A stretch of DNA of 64,000 nt from NCBI GenBank assembly GCA_963667175.2, contig CAXXXF010000004.1, positions 256,001 through 320,000 of the forward strand, given 5' to 3'. The position numbers and the translations under genes are program-made. Under the pieces are notes generated by a model. It saw only the letters and a program-made list of their open reading frames with translations. It was not told the origin of the DNA and made no database searches. This DNA comes from Candidatus Latescibacterota bacterium (GTDB taxonomy: Bacteria > Latescibacterota > UBA2968 > GCA-2709665). Positions 50,111 through 60,059 of this stretch are shown piece after piece (the first letter of the stretch is position 1; every line of letters begins with the position of its first letter).

Positions 50111-51109
50111 TCACGTCATCATTGGAACCTCGACCCGCTTCCCGGTCCTTGCGGATTCGTGAGCTGCGGCGGCCACCGCGACAACGCGCCTTCCGTCCCT
50201 TCCATCCGACCGGGGCGCTTCGCCCTGTTGGATACAACCGACAAAGTGAGCGATCTCGTCCACCAGACCGTTGTTTCGGGGTACGTCTATGGCCGTGGAC
50301 TTGTCGCCGTGCCGGGCGAACAGGATGGGGCCGCCCGGATCGTTGAGCTTGAGCGCGCCCGCCGTTCCGGCAACGCCGAGTTCGTAGCTGTTGACCGGGT
50401 ACACGCGGCTGCTGCTTAAGGCGCCGACCGCGCCCGATGCGAATTCGATGCCGATAAAGATGCTTTCTTCGATTTCGTTTTCAGGGTCATCTCCATATTT
50501 CATGACGGCATTGACGGCGCGGACTTCACCGGCAATCCAGGCGAGTTGGTCGAGTTCGTGGCTGTACATGGAAAACATACCGCCGTAGTCGTCCTTACGG
50601 GTTTGCCATCCTCCCACGCCGCCCGGCGCGCCGGTTCCCAGACGCACGGCGTGCGCAAGGGTTACTTCGCCCACGTCTCCCCGGTCCACCCGGCGCTTGA
50701 GCTCCTGATACGAGGCCTGAAACCGGCGAACGTAGCCGATCATAAGAAATACGCCTGACCGTTGCGCAGCGCGGTTCATCGTGTCGCAGTCTTCAACGGT
50801 CAGCGCCATCGGCTTTTCGCAGAAGACGTGGGCGCCCGCCAGCGCGGCATCTGTACTGATGCGGCTGTGGGTGTGGTTGGGCGTAACCACCAGCACGGCG
50901 TCCGGATTCTCAGCGGCCAGCATCGCGCGGTGGTCCGCGTAAGGCGTCGGGCCGGACGCCAGTTGCGCGGCAAGCTGCGCGGCGGATTCCGATACGACGT
51001 CGCAGACGGCGACAAGCCGGGCGCTTTCCAGCGCTTCCACGTTTCTGGCGTGGGCGCGGCCCAACCCGCCACATCCCGCGAGCGCGACCTTAATGGGTCC
51101 TCCAGGCAT
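50111..51109 (-). CDS. Gfo/Idh/MocA oxidoreductase
   Basis: GCGGLG, CEKPMA, SHELD. Confidence 0.92.
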   Translation of the reverse strand: MPGGPIKVALAGCGGLGRAHARNVEALESARLVAVCDVVSESAAQLAAQLASGPTPYADHRAMLAAENPDAVLVVTPNHTHSRISTDAALAGAHVFCEKPMALTVEDCDTMNRAAQRSGVFLMIGYVRRFQASYQELKRRVDRGDVGEVTLAHAVRLGTGAPGGVGGWQTRKDDYGGMFSMYSHELDQLAWIAGEVRAVNAVMKYGDDPENEIEESIFIGIEFASGAVGALSSSRVYPVNSYELGVAGTAGALKLNDPGGPILFARHGDKSTAIDVPRNNGLVDEIAHFVGCIQQGEAPRSDGRDGRRVVAVAAAAHESARTGKRVEVPMMT

Positions 51110-51113
51110 TGAA

Positions 51114-51168
51114 GTTCCTCGTTCCCTCGTTCCCTCGTCTTCTCGTTCTCTCGTCCCTTCGTTCCCTC
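51114..51168. repeat. Degenerate 8-bp tandem repeat (GTTCCCTC x7) filling the intergenic gap
   Basis: gttcctc gttccctc gttccctc gtcttctc gttctctc gtcccttc gttccctc. Confidence 0.85.
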
Positions 51169-51170
51169 GC

Positions 51171-52184
51171 CTACTCTATCTCGATCGGCATGGAACCGTT
51201 CGCCGCCGATTCTTCAGCGGCAAAACACGCGGCGTGGGTGTTGACGGCCACGGTAAGATTGTCGTGCGATTCCACGTCGTCGAGGATGCATTCGACGAGG
51301 TGGTCGACCATTTCCTGGAAAGGATGGTGCGACACGGCGCCGCTGTCCGGCATGACCGCGGGAAAACTGCCGAACGCGTCCTGGCCGGACAACTGCCGGG
51401 TGTAGAATTGGTTGTTCCGGATCGCGCCCTCCGTTCCGAACACTTCGACGTTGAAGACGTAAGGCATGAAGAAAGCCGTGGATCCCGAGAACTTCCCGGC
51501 GGCGCCCCCCGCGAATTCAACTGTTGCGACCGTCGTGGAACGGTAGCTCTCTCCATGCGTTCGATGGCGTGGAGACATGCCCGTTACCCGGATGACGGTG
51601 TCATTGTCCAGAATGTGTCTCGCGGCGTCGAGGGCATGACAGCCGCCGTGCACGATTGCCCCGTTCACGAGCGGTTTCCAACCTGTCCGGCTGAATGTTT
51701 CCGGGTGTGCGTTGGTGGGGCCGTGCCAGTAGTCGGCATGAACGAGCAGAGGAACGCCGACCCACCCTTTCTCGATGGCCCGCTTGATGGAAACGATCAG
51801 CGGATTCCATCGAAGCACGAAGCCGACGACCGTTTTGACGCCGGCGCTTTTCACGGCCCGGTGCATCGCGTTCAGTTCTTGGTGATTCGTGGCCACCGGC
51901 TTTTCAATCAGCAGGTGTTTGCCGGCGCGGGCGGCGGCAATGGCTTCTCCGGCGTGGCGGTCGGGCGGCGTGCAGATGGAAACGACGTCGACGTCCGGAT
52001 GCTCGAGAAGCCTGTCGTAGTTATCGTACAGGTCGCATTCAACGCCCAGTTCCACCGCTTTCTTGCGTGCGCTCTCCAGCGTCCGGCTCCCGATGGCCGC
52101 CAGCCGGACGTGGGGATTGTTCAGGTAGGCTCTGATGTGTTCGGTGGAGACGTTTCCCGAGCCCTGGATGGCTACGCCAAGCAT
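51171..52184 (-). CDS. Gfo/Idh/MocA oxidoreductase
   Basis: GSGNVS, IEKP, GCHALD. Confidence 0.92.
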   Translation of the reverse strand: MLGVAIQGSGNVSTEHIRAYLNNPHVRLAAIGSRTLESARKKAVELGVECDLYDNYDRLLEHPDVDVVSICTPPDRHAGEAIAAARAGKHLLIEKPVATNHQELNAMHRAVKSAGVKTVVGFVLRWNPLIVSIKRAIEKGWVGVPLLVHADYWHGPTNAHPETFSRTGWKPLVNGAIVHGGCHALDAARHILDNDTVIRVTGMSPRHRTHGESYRSTTVATVEFAGGAAGKFSGSTAFFMPYVFNVEVFGTEGAIRNNQFYTRQLSGQDAFGSFPAVMPDSGAVSHHPFQEMVDHLVECILDDVESHDNLTVAVNTHAACFAAEESAANGSMPIEIE

Positions 52185-52496
52185 GGCTTCTCCCTTCCTA
52201 CTGTCTGCTGAAGGATGTTCTCGTCTCGTGCCGACGGGTGGGAAAATGGGGGTTCCCGGTCTCGACACACGTCCGACGCAAAGATAGGGGCGCGGGATGG
52301 CGCCGTCAAGATGGATCCCTGACGTCCGGCAGGGTACCCGTCATAACCTGTCGGGGTGTCTGACGGACGCCCGGCGCAGGGTCATATCGTATCCCGGCCC
52401 TTTGGAGGCAACCCTGGGAACCATTGATTTTTCGGGCATGACGCGTTATGTTAAACCGTCGAATTGAGTCCTTCCAATTTGCGGGACAAACGACAG

Positions 52497-53357
52497 ATGC
52501 CGGAACGGATCAACAAAGCGATTGAGCTGCTGGAACGGGGGCAGCCGATCTATTACGTCGGCGTCTCCGAGCTTTCCTACGAGACCGGCGTGGAGATGGC
52601 CGCAACGTGGGCCGACTATATCAACGTCAGCATCGAGCACGGCGCATTCGATATGCGTGGCCTGGGCGATTTCATGACGGGCCTGGTGGACGGCGGTCCC
52701 ACGGCCAGCGGGCACCGGACGCCGGCCGTCATTGTGGACCTGCCGGTGGAGGGGTCGAGTGAAGCGGTGGTTCGCGCCAATGCCTGGATGTTCAAGCAGG
52801 CGCTCGCCCGCGGCGTGCACGGTATCCTGCTGTGTCATGCCGACGACCCGGAGGCCGTCCGGGCTTTCGTGGAGAGTTGCAGGTACCCGTTCCGGAAGCC
52901 GGCCGCGGGACATGGGGACGGGCGGCGAGGGGCCGGCGGACAGGGCTGGGCCGCCCAGACCTGGGGCGTGACCGCAGCCGAATATCTGAAAAAGGCCGAC
53001 CCGTGGCCCCTGAGTCCGGACGGAGAATTGATGCTCGGCGTGAAGATCGAGAACAAACGCGCGCTGGCACACGCGGAGGCCACGGCGAAGGTGCGGGGAC
53101 TCGCCTTCGGCGAGTGGGGTCCCGGGGATATGGGCATGTCGCTTGGGCACGCCGATCGGCACGACCCGCCCTATCCGGCTGAAATGGCAGCTGCCCGGGC
53201 TCGTGTGATGGCGGCCTGCACGGACGCCGGTCTGTTCTTCCTGAACGGCGCGAACCCGGAAAACGTCACGGAGATCATTGACGAGGGGGTGATGATCATC
53301 TCCGGAGGCGGCGAGGCCGTGGCGAGGCTGGGACGGGCGTATACCGGAAGAAGATAG
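52497..53357 (+). CDS. HpcH/HpaI aldolase family protein
   Basis: EHGAFD, ARGVHGILL, GVKIE, GPGDMGMS. Confidence 0.85.
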   Translation: MPERINKAIELLERGQPIYYVGVSELSYETGVEMAATWADYINVSIEHGAFDMRGLGDFMTGLVDGGPTASGHRTPAVIVDLPVEGSSEAVVRANAWMFKQALARGVHGILLCHADDPEAVRAFVESCRYPFRKPAAGHGDGRRGAGGQGWAAQTWGVTAAEYLKKADPWPLSPDGELMLGVKIENKRALAHAEATAKVRGLAFGEWGPGDMGMSLGHADRHDPPYPAEMAAARARVMAACTDAGLFFLNGANPENVTEIIDEGVMIISGGGEAVARLGRAYTGRR

Positions 53358-53547
53358 GCACGTCAAAGATCGAAGACACTGGCGAACAATCGTGTTTCAA
53401 ACAGACTGACGGGTATCCGTCGGTGAATGGAGCGCCGACGCGATTTGAACGCACCGGTCGGCGGCGCCTGGCGCGGGACGTTAAAACGAGCGACGAAACC
53501 ACGGTCGTATGAATTGCAGGTAAACCGTCTGAAACGGGAGGGAAAAG

Positions 53548-54249
53548 ATGTCGAGCTCACGTATCCGAACCGTCATTGAAGTCGTCCTGGCGGCGGGGTG
53601 CGCGTACCTGGCGCACGTCGCGTATATCGCCCCCGTCGACATCGCCATCAACTACGATGCCGAGAACGCCATTCAAATGCGGATTGAAGACAAAATGGTG
53701 GCGCATAACGCCGTCCTGGACTCGATCTGGAGCAAGGATTTCTCGAGAGACGCGACGCTGGGATGGTTGAGTGCAAAGGACGTCTATCACTACCGGAACA
53801 GCGCAATCGCAGGGCGCCTGGCAGAAGCAATGCCTGCTGCGCCGGAGGGCGCCGGCGAGACCATTGAAGAGCGAAAGGCGCGCCTTGAAGCCGCGATCGC
53901 GGAGAGCCCGTTGATCGCAGACCTTCGCGGCCGTGCCCGCGGATTACAGCCCCCGTTTCAGTATCTCGGCAAAAAGGTCAGCGTGGGCGTTCCCAGCGGA
54001 AACAGACCGCGTACGAACGTGGCGTACGTCGCCTTCGGGAGCGAATTCGACGGCAGGGTCGTTGAAATCTGGAATCCCGTAAACGACAAACGCGTGACGG
54101 TCTTTGCACAGGGCGCTTTCGTGCCCACGGAATCGGTCACCGTCGACTTCCAGATGAACCGGCGGCAGGCGGTAGACCTGTTCGATCGCGTCGAAGACAC
54201 CGCGGACGCCGTGGTGGTTATTCTTCCGCCGGCCACACCCGCGCCGTAG
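53548..54249 (+). CDS. Membrane-anchored hypothetical protein, C-terminus RlpA/DPBB-like
   Basis: N-terminal TM; G.VVEIWNPVNDKRVTV...DFQMNRRQA resembles a double-psi beta-barrel. Confidence 0.55.
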   Translation: MSSSRIRTVIEVVLAAGCAYLAHVAYIAPVDIAINYDAENAIQMRIEDKMVAHNAVLDSIWSKDFSRDATLGWLSAKDVYHYRNSAIAGRLAEAMPAAPEGAGETIEERKARLEAAIAESPLIADLRGRARGLQPPFQYLGKKVSVGVPSGNRPRTNVAYVAFGSEFDGRVVEIWNPVNDKRVTVFAQGAFVPTESVTVDFQMNRRQAVDLFDRVEDTADAVVVILPPATPAP

Positions 54250-54538
54250 GGGAACTACACGTTAGCGGCTTTTCATCTTTTATGTGTCTGAGTGACAAGG
54301 ATTTACCTGATGCCTGATTCTCACTCATACGTTGGCACGAAATTCGCCTTTAAGTGCCAATTTATCAACTCAATTCCCTCCTCGATGATCAGGCCTGAAA
54401 CTCTGAGTGACCTAAATACCCTTTTATACTTAACTGTAAGCCCAGGCGTGTAAAGAGGGAGGGAGGGACAAGGTTTGATTTGGTGTAGAGGAAATTAACG
54501 ATGGGTGCTTTAAACCGACTCCGGCCGGTATATGGAAA

Positions 54539-54769
54539 CTACTTACTCGTGTCAAGCCCGAGGTGAAGCCAGGCGTCGAGCAAAGCCAAAAATCGCTTTT
54601 CCTCTACTTCTTGTGACTCAGGAACTAAAGGCATATCGTGTTTCCAATCCTGAAGAGTCTGCTTAAGTTTCAAGTGATATTCAGGGGGCAAGGTACGTAA
54701 TATGAAGATAGTTCCATAAAAAGCGACGGCTGCAATTTCAGATGGTGTGAGAGAATCGAGATCGGACAT
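54539..54769 (-). CDS. Hypothetical protein in AT-rich island
   Basis: 76-aa ORF with GGAGG RBS. Confidence 0.55.
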   Translation of the reverse strand: MSDLDSLTPSEIAAVAFYGTIFILRTLPPEYHLKLKQTLQDWKHDMPLVPESQEVEEKRFLALLDAWLHLGLDTSK

Positions 54770-55024
54770 TTAATGCCTCCCCGCTAAAAGGTTTTGAGTA
54801 GTTGGTAGCGAGGACATGATAGATAGAACTAACTCAATCAGCAATAAAAAATCGGTCTAAGATCCGCGTCCTAGACCGTCACTTATTCGAGATCGGTAGC
54901 GTTTAACTTATAGGTATAATATACCTTTTGAGGGGTCAGAGGACAACAAGTTGGTTGTCAGGTTGATTATTTTCTGGCCGGAAGTATTAATTAATTCATA
55001 GTATCAGTTTAGAGAGGCGCTTTA

Positions 55025-55189
55025 ATGAAGAATTGTCCTCCTGTTTTAATTGAATGGGAAGACTCACGTCAACCAGGTTCCAATTGGCAATATCTCATTA
55101 ATTATACAAAACAGGGAGCTGTGCGTTGTGTTTCGGTTGGCTGGTTAATTCAAAATAAAACGCGATCATTGTGGATTCAGACTTTTTAA
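55025..55189 (+). pseudogene. Short, probably truncated ORF (54 aa) with IEWEDS...W...CVSVGWL motif
   Basis: GAGG RBS; MKNCPPVLIEWEDSRQPGSNW...RCVSVGWLIQ; resembles small phage/mobile-element hypothetical proteins. Confidence 0.45.
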
Positions 55190-55273
55190 TTGACACCCCA
55201 CCTCGTCCCTTGTATATTCCCCCTCGGATCGCTTCTCACCCTTACACCCCACGCGTAGAATTGCAGTTCCCCG

Positions 55274-56095
55274 CTGGACATCTTCACCCTCGCAGAACGG
55301 TTCAATTCCCAGGCTATTAGCCACCTTGAGCAAGTTCGCTTTGGAGAGAGGCCCTATTGCCCTCTCTGCGGTACTGTGGGCCGGTGCGCCCGGAAGCAAG
55401 AGAATGGTTTAATCGGCAGGTGGAACTGCTATGCCTGCAAGAGTTCCTTTAACGTCCTCTCGAAGACCATATTTCAAAAGACCCGAGTTCCATTGCCCAG
55501 GTGGTTTTTGGCCATCGCGCTAATGCTGAATGCGAAGAACGGTATTTCGTCATATCAACTGACCCGGAGCATCGGGGTGCTCCCGATGACCGCCTATCGG
55601 ATGCAACGGAAGATCCGGGAGCAGATGCAACGGGCCGAAGGTAAGGAGTTGCTGACCGGTATAGTAGAGGCCGGCGAAGCCTACCTGGGCGGAAAGCCGC
55701 GATACAGTAAGTCGGTTCGTGCTTACTGGACCAAAAAGACAATGTTGGTGGGTGCGATCGAGCACGGGGGAAGGGTCGCGGTCCGGGTCGGTACGAGTAA
55801 GTCCAGTGGCGCGGTCTATGAGGCTCTCAAGGATATGATTAAACGGGGGACGCGGTTGATCACCACGCGGCATAACTTATTCAAGTTGCTGTGGATTTTT
55901 GATCATCAGCCCAGGGCGACGCCTCTGCGTCAAATTGGGTTGTTTTTTGAATCGGTGAAACGGGCGTACTACTGCACTCATCATCACTACAGTTTGAAGG
56001 AGATGGAACTGTATCTGGCCGAGGCGTGTTATCGGTATAATCGGCGGAAGGAGGGGGATTTGTGGAGGGAGTTTTTGGAGGGTGTGGTTAACTAA
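55274..56095 (+). pseudogene. Degenerate IS1595-family transposase
   Basis: Frame open from CTG 55274; zinc ribbon CPLC...CYAC, SFNVLSKTIF, ISSYQL, GIVEAGEAYLGGK, HHHYS...YLAEACYRYNRR. Confidence 0.85.
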
Positions 56096-56752
56096 TGTGG
56101 AATTTCAAGTATGACATCTGTGTGTATGGCAAGATCGTTTTGTATAGTTGAATGATAGAATTTTGTCAAACCAACTCTAAGTCCTTCTGTTCTAGCTAAT
56201 TTCATTGCAGGTACTAAATCAGAATCTCCAGAGACAACAATAATGCTGGAAACAAGTCGTTTTAATGCTAGACTGGTCATGTCAATACCCATCATCATAT
56301 CGACACCCTTTTGGGTGATGTTGGGGAGTAATGTCGCTATAATACGCAGCATTGCGCAGATCATGTTCTAAACCACGCACCTGATCTAATAATTTACTTA
56401 TGAATGATTTTTTAAGAGACCAACCACGATGAACTAATCGACCACGTCTAACTGCCACATTTGGTGATTTTTCTAATTCTGTGATGAGTTGGGTATTTTG
56501 TTTATATTGTGTTGTTGTGCGATAATTTTTACGTTTATCGGTACTTAGGGGATTTATAATTATCTCGGTGAGGGGGTTAGCTGTATAGTAAAAAATACGA
56601 TAAAGTTTTGTGATACCTGCAGAAGCTTGAAGATTGCGGATAGTGTGTAACACGGTATGTGCGTTTGGAAATTCTTTATTTTGGTGATGTAGATTTTTTT
56701 TAAACCATTCACCATCAATTAATATGGCGACTCGATCTCCTGGAAAGCTCAT
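56092..56752 (-). pseudogene. NYN/LabA-DUF88 PIN-like RNase, frameshifted at a C4 run (~56323-56326)
   Basis: VAILIDG, RIFYY in frame 1; QKGVDM, SGDSDLVPA in frame 2. Confidence 0.88.
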
Positions 56753-56772
56753 CTTTTACTCCTAATGCGTAT

Positions 56773-56854
56773 GCCCCCTGCGCTGCGTGCGATCTCCACC
56801 TAACCGCGTCCGGAGAGGTTTAATCGCTTTGGATAGTGACGAAGCGCAGGGGGC
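56773..56854 (-). ncRNA. Candidate structured RNA in the leader of the NYN gene
   Basis: 15/16-bp stem gccccctgcgctgcgt / acgaagcgcagggggc with inner gcgat/atcgc and ctcc/ggag helices; GC-rich within AT-rich DNA. Confidence 0.55.
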
Positions 56855-56893
56855 TAGATTTCAAGAAAAATATACTGAAAAGACAACTACAAT

Positions 56894-56922
56894 ATTATAT
56901 ATAATTTTGTGGCAAAGAGCAA
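56894..56922 (-). promoter_or_regulatory. Sigma70-type promoter for hairpin + NYN gene
   Basis: TTGCTC-N17-TATAAT on the minus strand. Confidence 0.6.
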
Positions 56923-57033
56923 GTCTTTTTAATATCAAGTCACTGGATCAAAATTTTATATAGTGGAGATAAAGAAACCGACTGATGGCGTTTCGGAACG
57001 TGTCAATAGAAATGAGACACCTCCCGTTGGGGT

Positions 57034-58048
57034 TTAGTGTAGCAGTTGTTGGCATTCGATGGTGTTCTGTGGTTGGTTAATCCAGACTTGGTCCGGAACG
57101 TGTGGTGGTCGAGGATGGCCCCTTAACAAATCGTTCAGGGTGGTTGTGATAAGCCTGATCCAGCACCGATTGTCTGGCGGCTTGCACCTGCTGTGTGAGC
57201 CCATGGTGGACGGTGTCGGGCGTGAGTAAGCCCAGTCCACTGTGCCGGTGTTGCGTGTTGTACCAGGAAAAGAAGGTCTGTAAATAGGTACGGGCTTCTT
57301 GCGGACCGGTGAAGCGCCCGGGGTATGAAGGCGCGTATTTGAGCGTTTTGAACTGGCTTTCGGAATACGGGTTGTCATCGGAGACGCGGGGTCGAGCGTA
57401 GCTGGCCAGGATGTCGAGGTCCATCAGCAACTGCGAAAACGTCTTGGCTGTCATGGGTGCGCCGCGGTCCTGGTGCAGCGTCAGTTGTCGGGGTTGAATG
57501 CCCTGCTTGTTGCAGGCGTTGGTGATCAGGCGCTTGGCGTATGTGGCGCTTTCCCTTGTGGCGACCATCCAGGCCACGACATAGCGTGAGAACAGATCCA
57601 GTACGACGTAGAGGGGATAGGTTTCCCACTTGCGGGTTCCTGGCAGCCGCGTGATATCCCATGTCCAGACCTGGTTGGGCGCATCCGCCATCAAGCGGGG
57701 CGGTTCCAGACGTGGATGACGCCGCTGGTGTCGCCGCTGGGGCACCTCTCCTGCATCGTGCAGCAGACGGTACATGGTCCGGATCGAGCAGACATACCGC
57801 CCTTCCTCGAGCAGCGCGGCGTAGACTGCCGGTGGCGCCTGGTCTACGAAGCGGTCCTCGTGCAGGATGTACAGCACGGTAGCGCGCTCGTTTTGGGAAA
57901 GCGCACGTGGCGACGAGGACCGGGCGCCACGAGGCCCGCGTTGGGCTGGCTGACGCGCACGGTAGACCGATGCCCGCGCCACACCCAGCGCCCGGCACGC
58001 GGAAGCCAACCCGACCTTCGGGGCCAGTTGTTCTGCCGCCCGTATCAT
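57034..58048 (-). pseudogene. IS3-family transposase OrfB; frameshift near the C-terminus (G4 run ~57118-57122)
   Basis: WTWDIT, DLFSRYVV, HQDRG, DNPYSESQFKTLKY; the tail PRPPHVPDQVWIN is in another frame. Confidence 0.85.
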
Positions 58049-58512
58049 ACGTCGTCGTCGCCTGCTGGCGGATTCAGGGGGATGCCCAGGATCTCGGAGG
58101 CTTTTTTTTGGATCTCGAGGATCGTGTTCGCCTGTTCCAATCGTCGTCGCAAACGGGCGATCTCCTTGCGCAGTTGCTCGTTCTCGACGGATACCTCGTC
58201 GCGGCGACGCCCTTTCGGTCCCCGCAGCTTCAACAGCGCCTTGAGCGACCCCTCGCGACGCGCACGACGCCACTGCGTCAACTGCGAGGAATACAGACCC
58301 TCGCGGCGCAGCAGCGCGCCGACTTCGCCAGGGGCACGGCACGCGTCGGCCTCTTCCAAGATGCGAAGCTTGTACTTTGCCGTGAAACGGCGACGCCGCG
58401 CACGCGCCGGCACTTCCGGATTCGGCCTCGTGGTTGTGGAGGTCCCGCGCGGGACCTCCACAACCAGAGACCCCTTGCTGCCGTTGCCTACAACATCGGT
58501 CCTTGACCTCAT
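58045..58512 (-). CDS. IS3-family transposase OrfA
   Basis: RRRFTAKYKLRIL, LLRREGLYSSQLTQWR, QKKASEILG; ATGA overlap with orfB. Confidence 0.88.
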   Translation of the reverse strand: MRSRTDVVGNGSKGSLVVEVPRGTSTTTRPNPEVPARARRRRFTAKYKLRILEEADACRAPGEVGALLRREGLYSSQLTQWRRARREGSLKALLKLRGPKGRRRDEVSVENEQLRKEIARLRRRLEQANTILEIQKKASEILGIPLNPPAGDDDV

Positions 58513-58976
58513 CTCTTGTTCTCCTCTCCGCCCATGATACGACATTAATCTCGAAGGGGGAGTTGTCTCACCCTATATTGGCACGTAGGGAGGAAGGACT
58601 ATTTTATCAATACAGCTAAACCCCCGTAAATTCAGTATTTATGGTGAAATAATCAGTAAAAATGCTTGATTTGATGAAAGACAAATAAAGTTTGAGATGG
58701 TAAGTTGCACTGGTACTGTGTATTAGAAAAGGAAAAAGCCTGTGACGTGGTATTCCGCGCCATAGCTCCGTTCGGTGTGCGCCACTCGATTGGTTGATCG
58801 ACCGACTCGATGCGACTCTGGTCTCTGCATCCCCGCTATTTGAACGCGCTCGGGAGACTCGAATCCGGGCGCACGCCGCTTCCGCAACCGTTATTGGTTG
58901 TGAATCCGTGACCATTAAGGCATGGGAACGCCGCGCGGTATCCTGGCGGAAGTAGAAAAGACTGGAGGAGAATCGA

Positions 58977-59351
58977 ATGGCGGATGAAAGGAATCCCGTC
59001 GGCTGGTTCGAAATCCCGGTGCGCGAGCTGGAAAGGGCCCGGCGATTCTACGAAAACGTGCTGGGTCTTGAACTGACAGCCAGCAGGATGGGCGACACGG
59101 AGTTGGCATGGTTTCCGATGACCGAGGGACCCGGAGCGGCGGGAACGCTGATCAAGTCCGAAGGATACAAACCGTCCCACGAGGGCGCCCTGGTCTACTT
59201 TTCTGTGACCGACATCGACGGGATCCTGGAAAAGATCGAGTCAAACGGCGGAACGACGCTGATTCCGAAAACCAGCGTCGGCGAACACGGATTCTTCGCC
59301 CATTTCGAAGACTGCGAAGGCAACCGGGTTGCGATGCACTCCTGGACCTGA
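58977..59351 (+). CDS. VOC/glyoxalase family protein
   Basis: WFEIPV...RARRFY, YFSV.DID, DCEGNRV. Confidence 0.9.
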   Translation: MADERNPVGWFEIPVRELERARRFYENVLGLELTASRMGDTELAWFPMTEGPGAAGTLIKSEGYKPSHEGALVYFSVTDIDGILEKIESNGGTTLIPKTSVGEHGFFAHFEDCEGNRVAMHSWT

Positions 59352-59489
59352 TTCAATTGACCCGCGCCGCATCCGACCCGGCTGAAACGACCCAATCGAT
59401 GGCAATTCCACCGCTCACACTTACCGCGCTGTCCCCGGTTGCGATTCCTTTACGACCCGAAAATCCCGCCTCGAATAGATCCCCCTCTC

Positions 59490-60026
59490 CTACCGTCCCA
59501 ATAGCTGTGCGAGGGCCCATTCCAGTTCCGTTTCGGTATCGGGCCCGTAGCCCGTTTGCATGAACCTGAGGCGTCCCTTTCTGTCAACCAGGAAGGTGGT
59601 TGGAATGCTGCGGACGGCGTAGTCGGCCTGGATTCCCGGATCGGCGAACAGGACCGGGAAGGTGTAGCCGTATTCCTGAATGAACGGACCCACGCGCGCC
59701 CGGTCGAAGTCCGTGCTGACGGCAAGTACGGTCAGGCCCTTTTCGCGGTACCGGTCGTACAACTTCTGGATATGCGGCAATTCGTACAGGCACGGCATGC
59801 ACCACGTCGCCCAGAAGTTGATCAGGACAACGCGACCCTCATTATCGGACAGCCGGACGACCGAGCCGTCCAGGCTGTCCAGCGTGAAGTCGGACGCGCC
59901 CGGGCCCACGGGCAGCGCGTTCTTCGGTTCCGGCTCCTCGACGAGAATCTGACCCAGCGCGGCGCCCGCCAGGACCACTGCGACGCCCATAAACACCCAG
60001 GATTTCCATCCGACGCTCAGCTTCAT
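59490..60026 (-). CDS. TlpA-family thiol:disulfide oxidoreductase
   Basis: NFWATWCMPC, IPTTFLVDRKG. Confidence 0.92.
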   Translation of the reverse strand: MKLSVGWKSWVFMGVAVVLAGAALGQILVEEPEPKNALPVGPGASDFTLDSLDGSVVRLSDNEGRVVLINFWATWCMPCLYELPHIQKLYDRYREKGLTVLAVSTDFDRARVGPFIQEYGYTFPVLFADPGIQADYAVRSIPTTFLVDRKGRLRFMQTGYGPDTETELEWALAQLLGR

Positions 60027-60059
60027 TTGGCAGTACCTTTCAGTTGAGTAAGGGCGCGC

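Larger units (their letters stand above)
56994..58590 (-). mobile_element. IS3-like element (orfA + integrase-core orfB)
   Basis: Imperfect IRs ACGTGTCAATAGAAATGAGACA / TGTCTCACCCTATATTGGCACGT; sharp GC shift at both ends; no clear TSD. Confidence 0.85.

Noticed and set aside
48210-50237. 675-aa minus-strand ORF
   Set aside because: Antisense shadow of recJ.
53391-53540. Possible riboswitch or MITE upstream of the 233-aa gene
   Set aside because: Only weak inverted ends and short hairpins; no recognisable aptamer consensus and no second copy in the window.
54419-58732. Candidate IS1595 terminal inverted repeats bounding the AT-rich island (ccttttatacttaactgta / tactgtgtattagaaaagg)
   Set aside because: Only about 14/20 matches and no 8-bp target duplication; too weak to call.
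58840-58875. tRNA-like fragment (GGATTCGAGTCTCCC on minus strand) as an integration site
   Set aside because: The T-stem does not pair and no cloverleaf or CCA end can be built.
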